A stretch of DNA of 64,000 bases from the human T2T-CHM13v2.0 reference genome, Homo sapiens, in the NCBI RefSeq assembly GCF_009914755.1, contig NC_060943.1. The stretch is one strand, 5' to 3'. Every line of letters begins with the position of its first letter. Positions within the stretch are counted from its first letter, which is position 1. The notes under the pieces were generated by a model that worked only from the letters and a program-made list of their open reading frames with translations, was not told where the DNA came from and searched no databases. Positions 53,103-64,000 of this stretch are shown one piece after another. A program made the position numbers and the translations under genes.

Positions 53103-54319
53103 CTGCATGGGGAGGTGGGGGGGCTTGATGAGTGAGGGAGGGTTTCCCGAGGAGGACTCCTCCTCCTTCCTCCACTCACCCTGCCTCCGTTACTGCCGTG
53201 GTGCACACAACTTCCCCAGCATCCTTCTCACCCGTTAATTTCCCACGATAGTAACAATGACTGTGGTCATTTATTGGGCCCCTGCCATGTGCCAAGCACA
53301 GCTCTGCATACACCTTTTTCCATCCTCACAGCAACCCTGTGAGTCACTATCACCCCCGTTTTATATAGACAGAATCAGAGCGGTAGAATCACCTGCCCCG
53401 GGGTCACACAGCCTGTCTGGGGCACAGCTGGGGTTTTTAACCAGGCCTCCATGGTCCCCACCCATGTGATCTTGTGCGTTGCTCTCTCCTGCCTCCCTAG
53501 AGGATTTGTGGAAGTCCTGTTTTACTGAATCCTTGCAGGACAGCCCTCTGAGGCAGAGACTTTTTTTTTTTTTTTTTTTTAAGACGGGGTTTCACTCTTG
53601 TTGCTCAGGCTGGAGTGCAGTGGCGTGATCTCAGCTCACCGCAACCTCTGCCTCCTGGGTTCAAGTGATTCTCGTGCCTCAGCCTCCTGAGTACCTGGGA
53701 TTACAAGCATGAGCCACCACACCCGGCTAATTTTTGTATTATTAGTAGAGATGGGGTTTCACCATGTTGGCCAGGCTGGTCTCGAACTCCCGACCTCAGG
53801 TGATCTGCCCGCCTTTGGCCTCCCAAAGTGCTGGGATTACAAGCATGAGTCACCGTGCCCAGCCAAGGCAGGGACTCTTATCATCCTCATCTTAAGCAGA
53901 GAGAGCAGAGACTCAGAAAGCGACATAATTTGTACAAGCTACTCAGAGCCCCCTGCCTCTCAGAACTCTGCCTTTGCCCCAGCTTGCTTCCTGCCCTCGG
54001 GGTCCACTGGGGGACAGGATCACAGACTCAAAGTTGGGGTCGTAACCAGATACCGACCCTGGAGCCCCAGCACCTGCCTCTTTGAGGTTCCCAAGCCTGG
54101 CAGCAGATCCTTAAGGCTGATTCATTCAGCACATCTGATTGAGCGTGTCTGACTTGGCAAATGGGAATGAACTAGAAGATCAGTGCCTTGGAGCTGCAGT
54201 ATGTGCCAACTCAGCCCCCGCGCTCACAGTGTCATTAATGACGCACAGAATGTCGGAACTTCCGAATCTTGAGTCCCGAATCTGCTGCTTAGGAAGCCAG
54301 CTCCCAGAATCTGGCCCCA

Positions 54320-54399
54320 GTGATGCTGGCTGCTGGGACTGGCTGGTTATGGCCCTGCTGGTGATGCTGGCTGCTGGGACTGGCTGGTTATGGCCCTGC
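54320..54399. repeat. Tandem duplication with 41-bp period in PGLYRP1 intron 1
   Basis: GTGATGCTGGCTGCTGGGACTGGCTGGTTATGGCCCTGC is identical at 54320 and 54361. Confidence 0.95.
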
Positions 54400-56189
54400 C
54401 ATATTCCCGGAGCCTGGCATGATGGTGCTGGGGTCGGGGGTGGTTGGTTCTCCCTGGTCATTTGTTGCATGAATGCATCTCATTGAAACCTCAGCCACCA
54501 TCGCCAAGCGGGTACAGTCAGAAGCCCCATTTACAGGTGAAGAAACGAGGCTCAGAGAGAGAAGGTGACGTGACATGGAAAGGGGATTCAGAACGTTAGA
54601 ACCAGATTCGGAATCCTAAAAGCTGAGGGCCAGACAGCGGCTGCTTCTGTATGTGGTGATGTGGACCCGAGGCTCGGGCCTTCGTGACCTCATGGGAACA
54701 CTTAGGATCAGAGCGCCTGAGTCTTGGAAACAAAATGTTGAAGTTGGAGTCTTTGATAAAATCTTGAACTGGAAGGGCTGGGAATACCTTTGGACACTTC
54801 TAGACTTCTCTGGGTGGGTTTTGTGTGTGTGTGTGTGTGAGACACAGCCTTAGGAGGTCCTGAGAACATGTGTCCCCTGGGTGGGGTCTATTGAAGTGGT
54901 CTCTGGGGACCTGCATGTTCCTCCAATAAGCTCTGCAGGAGATTCTGATGCTTACCTGGGTCTGAGAGCCTGCAGGATTGAAAGTTCCCTCCCTGTGGAA
55001 ACCGTCAGGCTGGACTGCAGCCCATTCTAAGGAGGAGGTAGCTGGTAGGCGTGGCCCCGGACCTGCTTCAGCCTGCTTCAGCCGGCACCCCTTACAGTCT
55101 GTTCTCCCCACAGCAGCCAGAGGGAGTCTCTTGTACCTACACTAGCCCTGGTCCCTGCTCTGCGGGGGGAAGCCTCCCATGGCTCCCATCTCGGAGTAAA
55201 AGCTACAGTCCTCACTGTGGTCCACAAAGCCCTGCCTGGTCCTGCCCTTTCCTCATTTCATTCCGCTCGCCCGGCTGTGTTCAGCCACCCTGTCCTTCCC
55301 ACAGGACCCGCCCACTCAACCCCGTTGGCTTTGCCCCCAGCACCCCCTGCCACCTGCAGGCCTCTGTCTGCTCCCCCATCCCAGAGCCAAGGCAGCCACT
55401 CTCAGGGAGGCTTTCCCTTGCCCCACCCTTCCAAGGAGCCTGTGTGGGTCTGGTCCCAGCCTGAGGTCACCCTCCCTCACCTCTTTCCTTTTATCCATCG
55501 CCTCTATCACCGTCTGAATTCACCTGTGGCCTTGGCTTGTTTCTCCCTGCTGGTCTTTCAACCCCAGGAGGCTAGAGTGGCACCGTTCTCCATGCCACAT
55601 CTGGCACACTGCCTGGCACATAGTAGGTGCCTAATGGTAATAGCCCGTGGCTTTGCGGGCCCCCGTGTGCCAGGCAGTTCCTAGGTGCTTTGCCTGTATT
55701 GGCTCATATAAGGAGCAGATGGGCCGCGATTCCATTGACTTTGCCGAGGAGGAAGCTGAAGCCGGGAGGACCCGCCCCAGGCCTCAGCCAGCAATAAGAT
55801 GAGCTGACCCTGGAACCCAGCTCCGCACTGAGTCAGCCTGGTTTTCCGCCTCCTAACAAAGGCACCAGGCATCAGGAAGGGGCGCCTTCATAAGGCGTCG
55901 CGGACACCTTGGTGTGTGTTAGGCAAAGCCTGCCCCTTCTTCCCGGGAGCGGGAGCGGGGCTTGGATTTCAGCCCATCCCCCCTTCTCACGCATCTTTGT
56001 GCTGTGAGCACCTGCCCCGGCCCACGTGGTGACCCGAGGAAGAAATGACCTTGTGAGGTTCAGTAAGCTGCTCAGGGTGTCAGCCAGGTGGCCTCAGCAC
56101 CAGGCCTAGAAATGGTCCCGCTGGCGGGCACTTGCACACCTTTGCCTCTGGGATCCCCAGTCCAGCCCGTGCCCCCCTGCCACACTCAC

Positions 56190-56476
56190 TTGTAGCCCAC
56201 GTCGCACCAGCCCAGTGTCTTCATGTGGTAGTGCTGCACATTCCGGGCCTGCTGCTGGCACGAGGCGGGGGTGTTGCAGCTGCTGCCCGCCGTGTGCGAT
56301 ACCACCACATAGCGTAAGGGCAGGCTCAGGTGCTGGGCGCACTCTGATGCCAGGGCCTTCCACTCGTTCCGGGGCACTATGGGGCTGCAGCAGGCCGGGT
56401 CTTCTGTCTCCTGAGCCGCTCCGAGTCGAAGGAGGCTGGGGAGAGCCCAGGCAAGCAGCATAGAGCGGCGGGACAT
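56190..56476 (-). CDS. PGLYRP1: PGLYRP1 exon 1 (signal peptide + start of the PGRP domain)
   Basis: [39 protein letters not shown]...WCDVGY; 287 nt. Total CDS 591 nt = 196 aa. Confidence 0.97.
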
Positions 56477-56519
56477 AGTGGCAGGGCGGCAGGGTCCGGG
56501 AGACCGCTAGGAGCGCCCG

Positions 56520-56700
56520 GTGGAGGGGCCGCCTTTATCTGCTGGGGGATTCCAGGAGTGGCCCGGAAAGTCTTGCTTCACACCCTGCTGGGACTTCCTG
56601 CTGGCCCAGCAGACCCCAGACTCAGCTTCCTTCTCTGGCTGGGCCAGGGCGGGATGCACTGTGGTTGGGGTCTGGGTCACGCCCACGGCAATGACAGGCC
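56520..56700 (-). promoter_or_regulatory. PGLYRP1 proximal promoter
   Basis: GATAAA in the TATA-box position (plus TTTATC 56534-56539), kappaB-consensus GGGGGATTCC 56544-56553, ETS cores, RUNX TGTGGTT 56660-56666. Confidence 0.65.
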
Positions 56701-57799
56701 CCCTCGCTCAGCAGGGAGGGACGCACAGGCCCCTGGGCGCTTCGCCCCGCCGTTTCTGGAAGACCCGGGGCCGGGATCCCGGTCCTGCTTGTCTCTCCTC
56801 TCAGTGGAACATTGAACAACTCAACAGGAACTTACATCGCAGAGGCCCGGGGCATTGGCACATCTTCTCCCCGCAAGGACTGAGGTAACAAAGCTACCCA
56901 TTTTAAAAACACTTCCTTCCCCCAGGTCCAAGCCTGATGCCATTTACGCTTGCAGCAAACTCAAGAGGTGAGTATCTGGAAGTCCATTTCACAGTGGAGT
57001 AAACTGAGGTTGAGAGCAGGGAAGTCACGGGCTGAGACACCGGAGGCACTGGAGCCCCGCGTCTAGAGCCAGGCTGCCTGCATGTGAATCCTGGATATGC
57101 AGTGTGTGAGAGCCTGCAAGTGGTTTTTAAAAATGTGTATTTAAAATTTTTTTTTTAATTTTCTATTTTATAAATAATATTTTCCTTTTTTTTTTTTTTT
57201 TTTTTTGAGATGGAGTTTTGCTCTTGTCACCCAGGCTGGAGTGCAATGGTGCGATCTTGGGCCACTGCAACCTCCGCCTCCTGGCTTCAAGTGATTCTCC
57301 TGCCTCAGCCTCCTGAGTAGCTGGGATTACAAGTGCACACCACCACGCCCAGCTAATTTTTATATTTTTGGTAGAGACGGGGTTTTGCCATGTTGGCCTG
57401 GCTGGTGTCGAACTCCTGACCTCAGGTGAGCCACCTGCCAGTGTTCCAGAGTGCTGGGATTACTATAGGCATGAGCCACCGTGCCTGACCTGTGTGGTGT
57501 GTTTTCATCTTCTGTGTTCTGCCTTCTCATATACATTGTACTCATGCTGTTACTGAATTGTGCACCAGGCATCTGTAGCACTTTTCAGAAATTATCATAT
57601 ACTCAACGACAAGCTTGCCAGATCCATGTTATTATTAACCCCTCTTACAGTTGACGGAACTGAGGCCCGGGGGGATGATCACATACAGGAGGTGATGAAG
57701 CCAGGGTTTGGCTACAGGCTTTCTGCCTGCAGAGTTATAAACCGTATTCTCCTCCCTACAAACTTATATAAGGACATTAAAAAAAAAAATCAAAACCAT

Positions 57800-59420
57800 G
57801 TGCATCAATTTACCTTTTGTCACCTAATATTTCATGGGCATCTCACCAGGGCAGTACATCTAATTCTAATTTATTCTTTATAATAGTTGCACAATATGCT
57901 ATAGTATCAGTTCAGCATTGTGGATCTTTTAGTTTTTGAAGGTTTTCCAGTATTTTCTCCACACTACGCAAAATATTTTCAGACATATATCCCTATGCAC
58001 TGGTGCATTTATAAGTAAATTATAAACACAGAGTTATTAGGTCAATGAGTATACATATTTAATTAATATTACCAGATCATTTTCCCCAAAAAGCCATTAA
58101 TAATTCATATTTTTCACCAGTAATGTTTTGGAGCCTCCTCACCCCGACCCCAGAAGTGGGTGTTATCACTTTTTTTTTTTTTTTTTTGAGTCAGAGTCTC
58201 GCTCTGTCACTCAGGCTGGAATGCAGTGGCACGATCTTGTCTCACTGTAAACCTCCACCTCCTGGGTTCAAGCCATTCTCCTGCCTCAGCCTCCCAGGTA
58301 GCTGGGATTACAGGCATGTGCCACCACACCTGGCTAATTTTTGTATTTGTAGTAGAGATGGGGTTTCGCCATGTTGGCCAAGCTGATCTCGAACTCCTGA
58401 GCTCAGGTGATCCACCCACCTCAGCCTCCCAAAGTGCTGGGATTACAGGCATGAGCCACCTTGCCTGGCCAGTGTTATCACTTCTTAAATTTATAAGTAT
58501 AAAGTGACAGCTCCTTTGGCATTTTTATACCCACTCAGGAGACTGGGTATTTTTCTGTATTTGCTGTCTATATTTGGGCTTGCTCTTTTGTCAATTACCT
58601 GTTCATATCCATTGCCCATTAAAAAAAATTGGGTTGTTTGCCTTTTTGTTATTATTTGCAAAATGAACAAAAGAATCCCATAATTGGGATTTTTGACTTC
58701 TTGGGTGTGTACATTTTGTGTATTTCAGTTTTTTTAGAAGCATTAAAGAATAATGTAATATAAAAAGTGTGTAAACACATTTTTTATAGAGTTGATAGAC
58801 TTAATAGAGTAGTGAGCTTATGAGTGTTCACGAAGTGAATCCACCTGTGTATCCAGTGCCTGGATTAAGAAGTAGAGCTACACTTAAAATTTTAATAGGA
58901 ATTGGTAAATACAATACCAAAAAGATTTTAGTATATATTTTTCCCACAATATGATCAGTTTTTAAATGTTTTACTAATCCAAAGAACAAGATCTCATTAT
59001 TGCTTTATTTGCATTTCCTTGAACATTAGAGAGGTGATTATCTTTTTACATATTTATGGCTATCAGCATCCATCTTCAAACTGTCTGTTCATCTCTTCTG
59101 ATCATTTTCTTGTTGAGTTGTATATGGGGGATATTAACCCTATGTCTTATCAAATGTGCTGTAAACCCTTTCCTCTAATCTGTTAAAAAAATATCTAGGT
59201 TTTTCTTTTATGGTTTCTGTGTTTCCTGTCTTGCCTTAAGAGGGACTTTTCACACTAAGATTGTAAAACTTTTTCTATTTAAAAAAGATTATTTTGTGTT
59301 TTACTTTTAGATCTTTATCTCGGCTAAAATGTATACTTGCATGTGGTGTGAGGTAGGGGTCTGATCTTGTTTCCAGATGCCTAGCCGTTTGCCCAGGTTC
59401 TGTTTATTATATAGGTAGAC
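57800..59420 (-). mobile_element. Old L1M fragments with an inserted Alu (about 58170-58470)
   Basis: AT-rich text typical of antisense L1 (GTGTGAGGTAGGGGTC; TTTGCATTTCC). Confidence 0.65.
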
Positions 59421-60685
59421 CTGGTTTTAAATTTCCATTCTGCCCCTTATTAGCTACATGATCTTGGGAAATTGGATAGCAATTGACACAGTCGACCACT
59501 TCCTCCTTCTCAAAATACTTATTTCCCTTAGCTTTTGTGATGTAAGACTGCCTTGATTTTCCTTCTGCTTCTCTGGCTGGTCTTTTTTTCTCTCTCTCTT
59601 TTTTTCAGAGCAATTCTTCCCTCCTGGACCCTCAAACCATATATTTTGTGCTGAGTGATCTTATCCACATAATGGCTTCAGCCACAGTCAAAATGCAGAG
59701 GATTCCTGTATTTCAATGTCTAGTCTGGAGCTCTCAGTTGAGTTCTGGATCTGTGTATCCACCTGGCCACTTGACGCCTCCACTTGGATGTCCCACAGGC
59801 ACCTCCAATGCAAAATGACTCATGACCTTCTCCTCCCCATCAGCACTCTCACAGGAGTTCCTGTCTAAGGAAATGGTATCACCATCTTCCCATTACAAAA
59901 GCCATACATTTGAGCACCATCCTTGACTAATTCCTGTTCCTTCCTCTGTTGTACCCAGTACCCAAAAGAATGCCCAGCACATGGTAGGTGCTCACTAAAT
60001 AGCTACTTGATTGAATGGATATGCAACCCACCACCAAGGAATGCCACTGTGATGAATTAGAACTCTTCTATCTAATTCCATTCTCTGCACCCTGGTCCAG
60101 ACACCACCTCCTTTCACCTGGATTTTGCCCTGCCTCTTCAGTGACCTCCCAGGATGCACTCTGGCCTCTGTGAAGCCAAAGCTCTGCTCAGATCTTTTCT
60201 AAAGTCACCCTCAAAAATGAGTCACATTTTTCATTGGCATCTCTTGATTCCTAGAATGAGGCCCAAGCTCCTCCCCATGGCCAACAGCATGGGCTGCCTA
60301 CAGTATGGGCTGCCCCCATCCCAGCCTCACCTTGCTTACTCCCAAAAGCCTCTTTCTGACTCCTGCAGCCACTGTCCCCTTCTTGCTGCCCTTGAACATG
60401 CTTTGACTACCCTGTTCCCTTGGGGACTTCAGACACACCAGGTATAAGTTTTAAATAGAGGAACCTGGAACGAATTCAGGAACTTTGTACCTTAGCTTTA
60501 AGACAACAAAACACCAAGCCAGCCTTTTGTAAAAAGACAGGACTATTTACACATCACATTCCTTTTTTTAATTTTTATTTTCTTTTTTCCCTTTCTTTTG
60601 CCTGTTCTTTCATTTGAGGCACAGATCCCTTAAAGACACTAAGAATATAAACATTAGCCAGCTGGAGTGAAGCCTTCCATTGTGA

Positions 60686-61010
<325 letters not shown>

Positions 61011-61022
<12 letters not shown>

Positions 61023-61224
61023 TATTTACTTACTTATTTTTACATACAGGTGTGAGCCATATTTACTTACTTATTTTTACATACAGGTGTGAGCCATATT
61101 TACTTATTTTTACATACAGGTGTGAGCCATATTTACTTACTTATTTTTACATACAGGTGTGAGCCATATTTACTTATTTTTACATACAGGTGTGAGCCAT
61201 ATTTACTTACTTATTTTTACATAC
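61011..61224. repeat. Minisatellite, six units of 37-37-33-37-33-37 bp
   Basis: Unit AGGTGTGAGCCATATTTACT(TACT)TATTTTTACATAC is read directly. Confidence 0.95.
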
Positions 61225-61482
61225 AATACAAACACTTTAAATAAAGTTGAAGATCATCTCCATGGACCAGGTGGTCAAGCCGAACACCCAGGATCCAGCT
61301 GTCAAGTTCAGGGTAGCCCCTGAGCTTCTCACTCTGACTCCAACAGGGTGAGCTTGCTATCCTTGTGGCACAGGGCCTTTTGCATTGTGGATGATGGAGC
61401 GGCTCGTATAGTCCATAAGTTTTGTGCGTAGCTGTGTACCCTGTCCCTGTGAGCTGGTTCTGCCCGGCACCTCGGTGACCTC
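61219..61482 (-). pseudogene. Processed pseudogene of ribosomal protein S28 (eS28), 5'-truncated
   Basis: Minus strand reads [38 protein letters not shown] / frameshift / [18 protein letters not shown], versus RPS28 [57 protein letters not shown]. It is intronless and followed by a 3' UTR-like stretch and a decayed A-tail. Confidence 0.9.
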
Positions 61483-61958
61483 GAGGAAAGAAGCTGAGGT
61501 AAGACCTGGCCTGCCTGGCTCCTCGACTTCCTTCCTCAGCCCTCAAATTCTGGCTCCCACCTCACTCTCTAAATTTATTTTTATTTTAAATTTCATTTTA
61601 GAGACAGAGTCTTGCTTTGTCACCCAGGCTGGAGGGCAGTGGCACCATCATAGCTCACTGCAGACTCGAACTCCTGGGCTCAAGGGATCCTCCTGCCTCG
61701 GCCTCCAAAAATGGTGAGATTATGGACATGAGACACTGCACTGGGCCTATTGTGTATCTTGTTGGCCTAAAATTGAAACATGCCTTGTGAGCGTTTACTG
61801 CAACTTCAATGAGTGATTATTATGTTGCCTTTAATCCTGAGAGACTGTATTACTTGTGCACTTTTTTTTTTTTTGGATAGGGGGAAATTAGATTTATTCC
61901 CTATATGTTTTAGAAAATTGAAGTTTTAAATATCAGACTCACTAGCTGCCCTGATTTA

Positions 61959-62435
<477 letters not shown>

Positions 62436-62513
62436 TCAGGGAAACAGGCTCCCAGGTCGCATCCTCAGCTTGTTCTTGGCGCTGGAAAAAAGATGCTACG
62501 CGGTTCCCTCCTT

Positions 62514-62532
62514 CAGCCACCAGAGGGCGCGC
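62514..62532 (+). promoter_or_regulatory. Near-consensus CTCF motif
   Basis: CAGCCACCAGAGGGCGCGC in a small CpG-containing non-repeat patch. Confidence 0.75.
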
Positions 62533-62848
62533 CCTCCCCGTTTGTCCTCTTTCGCGCACTTTTTCTCCCGCACCTGTCAGTCACAGGGCAGCCCTTTAGC
62601 GGAACAGGGATCCTGTTCTGTGATTTTCCTGAGGGCCTGCCTCTCCCAGGGAGTAGCGGGCTCCTACGAACAGTAATAGCAACCATAATGTAGAGACCAA
62701 GAGCAGAGTTACTGAGTTTTATGCTGATGTCCAAAGTCACAGGGCATTTCATTTTTCTTCTTTTTTCCTTTCCTTTAAAAAAATGGGCTGGGCATGGTGG
62801 CTCACGCCTATAATCCCAGCTCTTTGGAAGGCCGAGGCGGGTGGATCA

Positions 62849-63416
<568 letters not shown>

Positions 63417-64000
63417 AGGAATATTACTGGGTTAAGAAATAAAAGTAAAAAAGAACTACTATTGATACATGCAATAATCTGGATAAATCTCAAGGGCATT
63501 ATGCTAAGTGAAAAAAAGTCAATCTCAAAAGATTTCATACTGTACAATTCCAATTATATAACTTTTTTTTTTAGACGGAGTCTTGCTGTGTCACCCAGGC
63601 TGGAGTGCAGTGGTACAATCTTGGCTCACTCTCACTGCAACCTCTGCCTCCCAGATTCAAGCAATTCTCCTTGCCTCAGCCTCCCAAGTAGCTGGGATTA
63701 CAGGAGTGCACTACCACGCCTGGCTAATTTTTGTATTTTTAGTAGAGATGGGGTTTCACCATGTTGGCCAACCTGGTCTTGAACTCCTGACCTCAGGTGA
63801 TCCACCCGCCTTGGCCTCCCAAAGTGCTGTGATTACACGTATGAGCCACAGCGCCCAGCCTATATAACATTCTTACAATGAGAACACAACAGAGATGGAG
63901 AACAGATTGGTATTTGCAAAGGGACAGATACAGTGTGTTTGTGTATGTGCATGTATATGTGTGTGTGCCTGCCACTATAGTGGTAACACAAGGGGATTCC

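Noticed and set aside
61217-61546. 109-aa minus-strand ORF
   Set aside because: Off-frame reading of the RPS28 retrocopy; the homologous frames are the other two and are disrupted.

Overview
Human (primate) genomic DNA, very Alu-dense, matching the NOVA2-CCDC61-MIR769-PGLYRP1 locus (19q13.3, from recall of the genes). It contains: (i) the CpG-island promoter, first coding exon and part of intron 1 of NOVA2 (minus strand); (ii) the complete CCDC61 gene (plus strand), with one non-coding and 13 coding exons that splice to exactly 1539 nt = 512 aa + stop; (iii) the MIR769 hairpin between two convergent poly(A) signals; (iv) the complete 3-exon PGLYRP1 gene (minus strand, 591 nt = 196 aa + stop); (v) a decayed, 5'-truncated RPS28 processed pseudogene. 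Its poly(A) tail abuts an Alu, and the junction has expanded into a 37/33-bp minisatellite. The rest is about 60 Alus plus L1, L2/MIR, MaLR LTR and hAT/mariner DNA-transposon relics. Most ORFs in the supplied track are Alu-derived or GC-composition artefacts. The strongest leads are an in-frame 64-aa Pro/Gln N-terminal extension of NOVA2 (better Kozak context, NOVA1-like MMAA start, encoded by a CCG/CAG repeat), the RPS28 retrocopy/Alu-junction VNTR, an RFX X-box cluster, a YY1/CTCF/Z-DNA module, and MIR769 in the CCDC61 termination zone. No wholly new multi-gene system is evident. Repeat boundaries are approximate and subfamily names were assigned by eye.
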